A stretch of 64,000 bases of DNA, taken from Azolla caroliniana. Taxonomy: Eukaryota; Plantae; Polypodiophyta. Positions within the stretch are counted from its first letter, which is position 1. Every line of letters begins with the position of its first letter. The stretch lies in NCBI GenBank assembly GCA_043228905.1, contig JBHGNT010000014.1, positions 11,594,001 to 11,658,000 on the forward strand. Direction: 5' to 3'. Made by a program: the position numbers and the translations under genes. Positions 13,074-25,200 of the stretch are shown piece after piece. The notes under the pieces are model-generated. The model was not told the origin of the DNA, did no database searches, and saw nothing but the letters and a program-made list of their open reading frames with translations.

Positions 13074-16000
13074 CCTACCATTGTACCAACTCATCATCAG
13101 TGATATAATTGTCTATTTAATATTTAGAAAAGGTTATCCTCAGGTATAAATTCTAGAAAAAGCTACTTATATACGTGTAGCGTGCATAAAACTTTAGTTA
13201 AAGAAAACGCTTTATAAGAAAAAGCTACTCATGCACATCTAGTGTGCATGAGCACTATAATTAAAAGGAGAAACATGATAGCAAAACTGATTCATGCACA
13301 TCTGATGTGCATGAACACTTTAGAAAAAGCATGAGGCTTGCTATGTGGTAAGCTATACTTGGCCTCTTCCATCACTATATGAGGACAAGAGAAAGATGTA
13401 TTGTGATTGTGAATTCTCAGGTTTTATTAGGATTTCAAAATATTGATTTAATATACTATACTCGTGTGATTCACAATTATTTCTTATCTATCTTTTCCAA
13501 TCTATTCCAATCTACTATTAGGGTTCTAAGGGTTGACTACTCTAACATAATACACTCATGGAATTTACGAAGTTTTCTACATCTCTTTCTTACAATCTAT
13601 TCGTATTCTTATTGGCCATAAAATTCTCCTCCTCCTAGTCCATAACCTTGGTGGTTTCCACCCGACTCATGCAACAATCTGGCGCCGAAAGGTACGACAC
13701 ATTTGGTGAACCTTGGCTACGGATGGGTTTCAAGGGAGTATCCACAGGATATGACAACAAAATCCGACGTGGGCGGCGTTTGAAGAAGCATTGAAGACTA
13801 CATTCACTATCAAGGACTCCTCCAAGGGAATGTGGAGGGGATTCAAAGATTGGGTGGAAACACCAAACAAGGTGTTGAAGGTCCTCGATGTGTTTTCGGC
13901 ATTCGAAAGTCAATTCTGGAGGTAGCCAGCAAGAGATCAAGTTGTCCTTGTACCTCACAAAGTGATCATGTTCTTACAAGTCGTGGATGTCTAGAACCAT
14001 AAAGATCTTGGAGTGCTTCTAGAGGATATGACTACTAAGAGTGGCCTCACCAATACATGGGAAAATGTGCAGAACATCATCACTTGATATACAAAGTGGG
14101 GGTGATGGCTCGGTGATGAAGAAAAGAGGACTACGGAATTGACGTTGAGGCTGAGGTTCGTAGTAGTAGACCACCAACCACAGGCTCGAGAGACTACAAC
14201 CGAGAAGGGAATCGATGTAACCACGGTGGAGCAGTTGCTAAAAGAGATGGAGAATCTTAAAATTTCTAAGGTGAAGAAATTAGAAGACTGTTGTTGTGTC
14301 TTTTAACGTCAAATCGTTTGCGTGAGTCAAGTGGGAACTGCTAGGGTTTTTGACTAGGAGGATGGGGAATTTGAGACGAATAAGAATGAGAATAGATTGT
14401 ACGGAGAAAAGAAATAGAAACCTCGTGAATCCCACGAGTGTATTGTATTAGATTAATCAACCCTTAGAATCTTAATAGTAAATTAGAATATAGAATGGAA
14501 AAGATATCTATTGAAAATCGTGAATCACACAAATATAATCAATTAGATCAATATTTAGAAATATTAATAAATCCCAAGAATCAACAACCTATTACAATTT
14601 GCTCCCCACCTTTATATAGTGATGGGAGAGACTAAGTATAGTCTACCACATGGTAAGCATCATGCTTTTTTTTTCTAAAGTGTTCATGCACACTAGATGT
14701 GCATGAATCGCTTTATCTATTATATGCTTTTTCTTCTAATAATAGTGTTCATGCACACGTGTGATGTGCTTGAATAGCTTTTCTATCATGCGTTTTGTTT
14801 TAACTAAAGTTTTTTCCTAGAAAATCTGAGTGAAATAACCTTTCTATGTGGGATATTTACTTTTTTAACACTTATGATGTGTTAGTATAATGGTAAAGCT
14901 TCAAATTATTAACATAAAGGTACAAGGTTTGAATCTTGTCCTCTGCATGTAGCTTATACTTCATATTTTATTCAATTAGTTATTTTATATGTTTTTCACA
15001 TAGTGTACAAATTACACTATGACACTGTTCCTCAAATTCCAAGTAGATGGATCGTTGGTGCATAGGGTGTGATAGCACCGAACATGATTGGAAGGATTGC
15101 GATGAACACAATGAGGCTCTACGACAAGATCTCATCTACTATGAGGGAAATCGGATCCATTCGATGGACTCTTGGAAACCAGTCCGACCGAACTTTCGAA
15201 AATGTGGCATGAAGAAGGCCCTAGAGGAGGAGATAGTGGAAAAAATAATTATGCGACAATCACGGGAATACGTGTGGGTGAGAAATCTAGAACGAAGGCA
15301 TCTTTCTGGCCGGAAGTGCTAGAAATCTTCGAGAAAACCGATTCTAATGAAATACGGAGCACAGCGGAAGGCATCCGGGAAGCTACGGGATGGGAGTGCC
15401 CCGTAGATAAAAATAACGTATATGCCTTATGTCAATTATATGAGGTGTATGTAGATGAGAAGCGACGGTGCACGGATGATGTAGTCGGACCATCGAAGAC
15501 ACCTGGGAGTCGGAACTCCAAAGGGAAAGGAAAAGGGAAAAATATTCTGGCATTCAAAATCGCCTCGGACATCAAACAACAGATGGATCTAAAGAAGGTG
15601 TTTGAAGAGAGAATCCTTGATAGTCAGGTGGAACTTTCACTCCAAGAATTGCTCGGAATTGTGACATCCACGATTTCCTTGTGGATATCGTAAAAAGAAA
15701 GAGGCAGGCTACGAAAGATTCAAATGCTCCAAGGGTGAATGCAAATACTATTCTAATGAACAACATGGAAGCGAAGGAAGAAATTCCGAAGTCCCATTAT
15801 GCAAAGCCACACTGAGCACTACAACTACGGACACTCATGTTCAAATTGGAAACATCAAAGAGCCTGTAGTTGCGTTGATTGATCATGGATCGGAGATCAA
15901 TCTGATGTCCAAGGAGTTCTACCGGAAGGCGAAGTGCCATATTAACACCAGTCATGGATGGAAGATCCAGGCAGCCACAAAAGCAACGGCAGATCTATTT

Positions 16001-19000
16001 GCGGCTTGTCCAGATGTGATGGTGAAGATCATAGATGTGGAGATTGACCAAAATTTCTTTGTGCAAGATGAGGTCTCACATTCCGTGATTCTCGGGAAAC
16101 CCTTCATCACGGCTTTGTGGATGAAAACAAAGGTGCTCGACAGTGGAGTGGCTGTTCCAAGGATTCAAAGCCAAAGCGGAGGCAAAACTGTTCAATTCTT
16201 GATTGTGCCATCGAATCACGAAAGGAACAAGAGAGAGCTCTTGTTCCAAAAACAATGGAGTTTTAAAGCAGACAATTGTGGAGTGGGGAAGTAATAGTCT
16301 CAGAATCCCTGATAAGACGCACATGAAGAAAACTCTCAGAGTGAAATAAGTGTGAATCAAGATGTACGAGATCATTGCGGAAATGGAGCCGGATGCGCTC
16401 GGGAAAGAAGAAGCAATGGTATGTACGAAATATAAGACTGTGGAAAAGAAGGTGAAACGGTCTACAGGACCATTACCCGCCAATAGTGAACAAAAGAGGA
16501 AAGAAGTCTAAGGAGATCCGACACTTCAGAAGTCCATGGATATTGGACATACATTTACATATGAGACCTCGAAGAAAATCCGGATCGGTGGAGGTGGGAA
16601 GAAAATCTCAGGAAGTCCTGGTTACATCTATGATAGTAATGGGTTCAAGGGGGGCCCATTGCTATCAAGGGTGGACACGCTCCGTATTCAAGCGGTATAT
16701 CTATCTGCACTCCTTGAAATGTCGTAAGGAAAAACCAACAAAATGAAGAAGAAAGATTACATGAGATGTTGGAGCAGCATGGAAAAGCATTCGCATTCAC
16801 ATCAAAAGAGATAGAGTGCGTTGATCCAAAGATAGTGGAGTCCATGGTGATCTTCACCATTGATCATGTGCCATGGAACTTGAAGCTGATCCCGATGCCA
16901 CAAGTGCATATTCCGAAAATCATTGACTTGCTCAAGGAGAAGGTCGCGATGGGGATTCTAGAGCCACCAAACGCTCCATACTCAAATCGATGGTTTACAG
17001 TTCCGAAGAAGAATGGGTCACTTCGATTCATTCAAGATTTTTAACCAGTGAACAAGGTCACAATCCGGAACTCCAAAGTTGGTCCGATAGTGGATGAATT
17101 TGCGGAAGCATTTGCCGGACGCACGATGTACTCTATCAGAGAACTATACTCTAGATATGACCAATTTCAACTAGCCATGGATAGTCAGGATATCACTACA
17201 ATGTGGACACTGATAGGTTTAGTCTGGATGTGTACGTTACCACAAGGAGAGACGAACTCGGTCGCACATATGATGAATGCAATGAACAAGGTGCTCTGAG
17301 ACTACATTCCAAAGATAACAATGTCATTCTTAGATGACATTCCGATGAAAGGATGTGTGGTGGAAGATAAGGATGAGACTATGGATGATCGAGGATGTCA
17401 AACGTTCGTAGTTAACCATATTCGTGATTCTTAGAAAGTGCTACAAAAGTTAGAAGATGTGCACCTAACATTCTCCGGAGAGAAATTGGCATTCGGACAA
17501 GAAGAGATACTTGTAATCAAACATCTATGTGGTCGCTACGGCCGAAGACCATCACCAACCAAGATTGATCTGATTGAAGCCATGAAAAAAATATGTGAGT
17601 CACAATCCGAAGTCCACAAGTTTCTTGGGGCATGTGCATTCTATCACATATGGATTTCGCACTCTGCACACATTGCGGAACCACTCTATCACCTGTTGTG
17701 GAAGGGGAAAACGTTCAAATGGAATCCGGAGCACACCAAAGCCATGAAGAAGCTGAAGAAAGCATTATGGAGAGCGGTAGCGCTTAAGCAGCCGAACTAT
17801 GACAGACCGATCATAGTAACGGTTGATACAAGTAGTCGGGATCGGATGGGTCATCAACCAAACCGATCTAGATGGTTCACGATATCCGATCCAATTCGGA
17901 GCAAAGCTTCACAATGAAAGGAAATGCGGATATGCACAAGTTAAAAGAGAATTAAGGGGAGTGGTGTCAGCAATAAAATCTGATCGGGATCATTCTATTG
18001 GAGCTGAAGTAGTGATCAAAACGGATTGTCTACCAATAGTCCGGATGATGCGATGTTGCACAGTACCGGATGTGGCTATACTAAGATGGATTGCATATGT
18101 AAGGTCGTTTAATCCAAAGGTACGACACATCTCAGGAAAAGACAACATAGTAGCATATATGCTATCAAGGGCACAATTCAAAGACGACGTAGCCGAATAG
18201 GATAATGAAGAAGTTTCCAAAGACTACTTTACTTCAGAGCACATATGTCGGGTGAACGTAATTCAGGAGTTTCAGGAAGACGAATACGAGGGAGAAAGCT
18301 TGTTGATCTGGAAAGTGCTACAAGAAATTGAGGAATCATCAGACAATAAGGAAAAGAGAGTCGAGATTTGAAGGAAGAAACAACAAGTCTGAAAGTTCTT
18401 CTTGAACAATGGATTAATCTGGAGGAGGGAGCCGAAAAGATCAGATGACATACCACTACAAGTAGTCGGCACAAAGTTACAACAAAAACAAATATCCGAA
18501 TTTCACGAATTTGATTGGGCTGGTCATCGGGGAACATGGGTGAGATTTGCAAAGATCAAGAAAAAATGTTGGTGGAAGAATATACAAGGATGTAGGGGAG
18601 TTCACGGAAAGCTACAAGAAATGTCAAATCTACTCCAGAGTTCAACACCGGGATTAATTACATTCGACATCCTCACTGACAATCAACTTAAAATGGATGG
18701 TTGACATCGTGGCCATGCTAACCGGGATAGGAAAAAAGAAGTACTTGGTGCTAGCTTGGGAGGATCTGATGAACCAAGTAGAAGGTCAGGTGCTACGGAC
18801 GAAAACATGTTCTACAGTATGCCAATTTCTCTTCGAAGAAGTGTTCTGCAAGTATGGGTGCGTAGACAAGTGATAAAGCTAGGGAATTATTTGCCAAACA
18901 TGGAGTACGGTTGATACTAACCATGACATACAATCCAGAAGCAAATGGGAAGATCGAACGAAGACAAAGTCCAATTGTAAAAGCACTTGCAAAAGCATGC

Positions 19001-19203
19001 GATGGAAGGATGACGATTTGGCTGCAGATGCTTCCGTATGCACTATGGGTGGATCGCTCAACACATAGTTCCATGACCGGTTATATGCCAGTGGAACTTA
19101 TGACTAGACAAGCTCTGGGAATGCCTACAAAAACCGCAATTTCAACATGTACGGTGCTACCATGGAAGGAAGAGATGAGTCGAGAAGAGCTACTTGTAGT
19201 CCT
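13074..19203 (+). mobile_element. Old decayed Ty3/Gypsy element of the same lineage as 29150-36191: partial 5' LTR 13074-13699, partial tRNA-Trp PBS 13704-13712, gag, PR, RT, RNase H, INT
   Basis: LTR end cgaca + 4-nt spacer + tggtgaacc. Motifs CIGCDSTEH, IDHGSEINLM, NRWFTVPKK, TLPQG and YNPEANGKIER, colinear with the young copy. Many stops. Confidence 0.9.
14292..15024 (-). mobile_element. Inverted solo LTR (733 bp) related to the 13074-13699 LTR, inserted in gag
   Basis: TG...CA ends, 4-bp TSD CTGT (14288-14291, 15025-15028). The reverse complement aligns with 13074-13699. Confidence 0.8.
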
Positions 19204-22200
19204 TGTTGGGAATGTGTCCCTCCTATGGGAGGAGCTGGTTGGTTGGACAGAGAGCCAATAGTCAAAGAAAATTAGTAGTTGACTAGTCGTGCTAAGAGCC
19301 GACAGTCGAAGACAAGGAGTAGCCGACTGGTCGGGCCAAGAGCCGACAGTCAATGTCATGGAGAGTCGACTAAGAGAGAGTCGACATTAGATGATCCAAG
19401 TCGAAGACAAGACCGACTAGTCAGGCCAACCGGAGGGTCGACGACAAGACCGACTAGTCGGTCGATTGGATAGTTGACACAAGAGTTAGTTAGTCAAGTC
19501 GACTAGTCGATCAGTCGGTTGATTAACTGGTATTGTTATTACTATAATAATATAAGTGATAGTAGTAGGGATTATAATTGTAAATAGCCCATATAGTGTA
19601 TAAGTATAAGTACACCTAGGGAAAAACCATAGAATAAGTGGTGTAGAGTAGACCATGTAGAGTAGATACAGATTAGAGCTTCAATAGCAGAGCATTGCTA
19701 AGAGGAGAGTGTGTGAGATAGAGTGACGGCGGTAGAGTTAACGAACCTGCCAAGAACCCTGAGTGGGTTATCCTCTGAGATGATCAGAGAATATCTGTAA
19801 TCGTTTCTATATTCACTTGCATAGTGGAATCTATGTTCCCTTGGTTTTACTTGCTTAGGGTTTCCACGTAAAACTCTGTGTTTGTCTCTGTGTACTTTGC
19901 ATTTTTTCTATACGTTTCAGCATATCTTGTTTGTAAATCTATGATCCCATCTCTACAAACTGGTATCAGAGCAATGAGGCGAAAGATGGAAGGAGGTGTG
20001 AGCAGCTTCCCAGGTATGATAGTTCTAAACTCTCAAAACTATGCAGATTGGAAGATAAAGATGGAAGACCTTCTCATAGTCAAAGACCTATATGAGCCCA
20101 TCGACAAAGCAAAAATACGCACAGCAGTATTAGAGTCTGAATGGAGACTTTTGAAGAAAAAAGGCAGTGGCCACTATCAAAACTGTGTTGATGTAAGTGT
20201 CCTTCAGCATGTGGTGAACGATTCAAATGCCTACAAAATATGTGAGAAGTTGTCAGGTCTATATGAGAGGAAGAATGCCCTCAATAAAACATCTCTAATG
20301 AGAAAGATTGTAAGGCTGAAATACAGGGATGGGGAAAGCATAGTCAAGCATGTAAGCACTTTCATGGGGTATGTGAATCAACTTGCGGCAACCAAGTTTC
20401 CCCTTGAGGATGCAATGCAGGACATCCTCCTATTTTGTACCCTACTGGACAACGGGGAGAATCTGGTGGTAATTCTCAGCAACTCGTGTCAAGAAGAGAA
20501 GTTGTCTCTACAAGCAATAAAGACAAGCATCTTGAACAAGGAGACAAGAAGGAAGGACAAGGGTGTGTTGTCCCAGTTAGAGTCAAACTTGACTCACCAT
20601 ACCAACAAAGGAAGGAATAGACAAAGAAGGGATAAGTCCCAAGCTAGGTCCAAGTCCAGAGGAAAGTTAACATTATATGCAAGTGAAGAGTGTACTTGGG
20701 TAATCAACTCAAGTGCATCCTGTTGGGAATATGTCCCTCTAGTGGGAGGATGATCCGGCTGTTCGAAAAGCCGACAATCGAAGAGTCGAAAAACAGGAGC
20801 CGAGTTGATGAGGAACTTGGCCGAGGCCGAAACCGAAATCGTGTAAATAGCCAACTCAGGAGACTATATTTGTAAATAGTCTAAGTGTACGCCCTAGGAG
20901 GGCTACGTATGTAAATAACCAGAAAGTTGCGTAAGTATATATGCAACTAGGGCAAACTTTTAGTTATGTATGTAGAGTGATGAACAAAAAACTCTGTATG
21001 TGTAGAACTCTAGAACGTAAGAGAGCATGAGAGAGAGAAGTGTTAGCCGCGCCATAGCTGTGTGAGTAATAGCAAACGCGAAGAGCCTTGTGCGGCTGAT
21101 ACACTCGACAGAGTGTTGTATTCCTCTCGGTGTTTGTATATCCACTTTGTCTAGTGAAGAAATCTGTTCACCCGTGGTTTTTCCCTGTTTTAGGGTTTCC
21201 ACGTAAAACTTTGTGCACTATTGTGTGTCTTGTTTTTCCTGGCATTTCTGTAATTCGTATTTTAGCATTGTCTGTTCATTGTGAATTAAATTTCCGCAAC
21301 GATTTCTCAACAAACTGGTATCAAAGCTTGAGGTGCAAGCATGGAAGGAGGTGTGAGCGGATTCCCAGGTATGATAGTTCTGAACTCACAGAACTATGCA
21401 GACTGGAAGATCAAGATGGAAGACCTTCTCATAGTTAAAGACCTGTACGAGCCAGTCAACAAAACAGAAATACCCAGCGGGTTATTGGAGTCGGACTGGA
21501 AGCTTCTGAATAGAAAGGCGATGGCCACAATCCGACAATGTGTCGATGTAAGTGTTCTTCAGCATGTGGTGAACGACACGAATGCCCACGAGATGTGGTA
21601 GAAGTTGTCGGGTCTGTACGAGAGGAAGAACACGATGAACACAACCTCGCAAATGAGAAAAATCGTACGGCTGAAATACAGAGACGGTGAGAGCATCGTC
21701 GAACACATCAGCACATTTATGGGGTACGTAAATCAACTTGTTGCGACCAAGTTTCCCCTGGATGATGCAATGCAGGCCATCCTGCTGATGTGCACACTGC
21801 CGGAAAGCTAGGAGAACCTAGTGGTTACTCTGAGCACCTCTTGTCAAGAAGAGAACTTGTCTTTACAGACGGTGAAGACAAGCATCCTAAATGAGGAGGC
21901 TAGGAGGAAAGAAAAAGGATTCTTGTCCCAAACGAAGTCGAATCTGACTCAACATATGGACAGAGGAAGGGACCGGCGAAGAAGAAGTCCGCAGCGAACG
22001 GACAACTCCTATGCCAAATCGAAGTCCAGAGGTAAACCTGTGTGCTTGTATTGTGGAAAACCTGGACACTTCCAGAAGGACTGTCGACACATGAAGAAGG
22101 ATAAGTTTGTCGGAAACAATGTCGAACCCTGGAAGATTCTGGATGACAAGAACACTTCGGCCACTGCTACAAGCAATGAGGAACTTCTATTCATTTGTGA

Positions 22201-25200
22201 ACAGACAAGTGCAAATCTCGCAAGAGAAGAATGCACTTGGGTGATCGACTCCGGCGCATCCGATCACATTACTCCGTCGAGAGAGTATTTCTTGACTTAC
22301 ATAACCGGGGATCATGGCTATGTAAAGATGGGTGATAGTAGAGAATGCAAGATAACCGGAATCGGAAGTGTCAGCTTGACGACGTCGACAGGGTGTCGAC
22401 TGACATTGAAGGATATTCGACACGTCCCCGATATCAGATTGAATCTGATATCGACTGGAAAACTTGATGACGAAGGCTACAGTGGTAGCTTTTGGAATGG
22501 CAAGTGGAAGTTCTGTCGAGGAAATCTCATAGTGGCCCGAGCACAGAAAGAAGGCACATTGTACATGATGCATTCCCGACTCTGCAAATCGGAGGTGAAC
22601 GTGGCAGCCGACTCGGCAGGGGAGATATGGCATAAGAGGCTAGGACACATGAGTGAAAAGGGAATGCACCTATTAGCCGACCAAAACCTTCTACTAGAAG
22701 TCCAGGGAATGCACCTGGAGAAGTGTGTCGACTACTTAGCCGGAAAGCAGAACAGGACGGCATTCCACTTGAGACCACCGAGGAGAAGAGAAGTTGCACT
22801 GGAACTAGTACACACGGATGTGTGCTATGTGGATGCTCCATCGCATCGAGGAGGACAATACTTTGTAATGTTTATTGACGACTATAATCGAAAGACATGG
22901 GCCTTCATACTAAAGTTGAAGGATCAAGTATTGTCGGGTTTTAAGGAGTTCAAGGCAAGAACCGAAAGAGAGTTGGGTCAGAAACTGAAGGTTGTCCGAA
23001 CCGACAACGGTGGCGAGTACAGAGGGCAGTTCGAGGAATACTGCAAGTGCCAAGGTATTCGAATCGAATACACAGTGCCAAAGACCCCAAAATTAAACAG
23101 GCTTGCAGAGAGGATGAATCGAACGATCATGGAGAGAGTAAGGAGCATGCACTCTCATGCAAAACTGCCGAAATCCTATTGTGTTGAGGCGTTGTACACA
23201 GCTGTTTATCTTATCAACAGGTCTCCCTCAATGCCATTAAAGGGTGATGTCCCACAAAGGGTGTGGACAGGGAAGGATGTCTCCTACCAACACCTGAGGG
23301 TGTTTGGATGTTTGGTGTATATGCATGTCCCAAAGGATTAGAGGTCAAAGCTCGACAGCAAGTCGAAAGCATGCATATTCATTGGATACTCGGAAGATGA
23401 GTTCGGTTATAGGCTATGGGACCTAGTCGACAAGAAGGTAGTGAGAAGTCAGGATGTAGTCTTTCTAGAAGACAAGACAATTGAAGACTGGAAGCAACAG
23501 AAGTCGGAACCAACTCCCCAGTCAACCTCGACTACCATTGACTTAAGGCCAACTGAGTTGTCACCAACAGCTGTAAGGAGACAGGCGACTGACAGAGCCG
23601 AATCCGAGTCGGTCGACTCGGAAAGACCGACAGACTATGAGTCAGAGTTGGCAGAGCTGCTGAAGTCAATTGATGAATATAAGTTGGAGTTGTCTAACCT
23701 GGAGATGCCGATTGACGAACAGAATCTTGAGCAGAGAGAAGAGTTGGCAGAGACATCCGGAAAAGAGCCAACTGTGGGTGGACGAAGATACCCACTCAGA
23801 GAAAGGAAGGCACCGATTACATATGCCAGTCAATACATCCTCTTGACTGATGATGGTGAACCGGAGTGCTATGAAGAAGCCATTGCTGACGAGAGTAAAG
23901 AAAAATGGCTTAGCGCGATGCAAGAGGAGATGGAATCCTTGCACGTGAATTACACCTACGACCTAGTAGAGCTGCCGAAAGGTAAGAGAGCACTCAGGAA
24001 TAAATGGGTCTACAAGGTGAAGACTGGAGAAGTCAACATCGAGCCCAGGTATAAAGCCCGCATAGTGGTGAAGGGTTTCCAACAGAAGAAGGGCGTCGAC
24101 TTTGACAAAATATTCGCACCAATCGTGAAGATGACATCGATTCGAACTGTTCTAAGCATAGCGGCCAACATGGATCTGGAGATCGAACAATTGGATGTCA
24201 AAACCGCATTTCTACACGGGGAGCTAGAAGAAGAAATCTACATGCAACAACCCAAAGGCTTTGAGGAGAAAGGGAAAGAGAATTTGGTGTGTCGACTGAG
24301 GAAAAGCTTGTACGGTCTAAAACAAGTTCCACGCCAATGGTACACGAAATTTGAGTCCTTCATGATGGAACATCGGTTCTAGAAAACACAGGCTGATCAC
24401 TATGTGTTTGTCAAAAGGTACGAGGAAGGAGATTTCTTGATTCTCTTGCTATATGTCGATGATATGTTGATAGTCAGTCAAGACACAAGGAAGATTGGAA
24501 GCTTGAAGAAAGCTCTCGGCAAGTCATTTGCCATGAAAGACCTTGGACCGGCAAAGCAAATCCTAGGAATGCACATAACCTGAGACAGAGCTCGAAAGGT
24601 GCTATGGTTGTCACAACAAAAGTATGTGATGAAGATCCTAGAGAGGTTCAACATGTCGAATGCAAAGTCGATTGGCTCCGTGTTGCCGACAAATTGCAGA
24701 TTGAATGCGAAGTAGTGTTCGAAAGGGCAAAAGGAAAAGGCTAAGATGAAGAAGGTACCATATGCCTCAGTTGTCGGTAGTCTAATGTATGTTATGGTCT
24801 GTACGAGACCGGACATAGTATTTGTTGTGGGAGCAGTAAGCAATGAAGTGGATACTCAGGTAACTGAAAGGCACCTCGGAGGTGTGGTTAAGGTATGGTG
24901 TCGGAAAACCTGTGCTGGAAGGTTTTACCGATTCAGACATGTCTGGAGATACCGACTCAAGCCAATCCACGTCAGGGTACGTGATGACCTATGCAGGGGG
25001 AGCAATGTTGTGGCAATCATGATTGCAGAAGTCTGTAGCCTTGTCAATACAGAGGCAGAGTATATGGCAGCGGTAGAGGCCGGGAAAGAGTTGATCTAGA
25101 TGAGAAATTTTCTCACCGAACTAGGCATGAAGCAAAAGGAATTCTTGCTTCACTGTGACAGTCAAAGTGCCATACACCTAGCCAAGAACGTGGCATACCA

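Noticed and set aside
19260-19520. Short repeats with spacers resembling a CRISPR array
   Set aside because: Irregular, degenerate repeats inside a Copia U3 in a eukaryotic genome.
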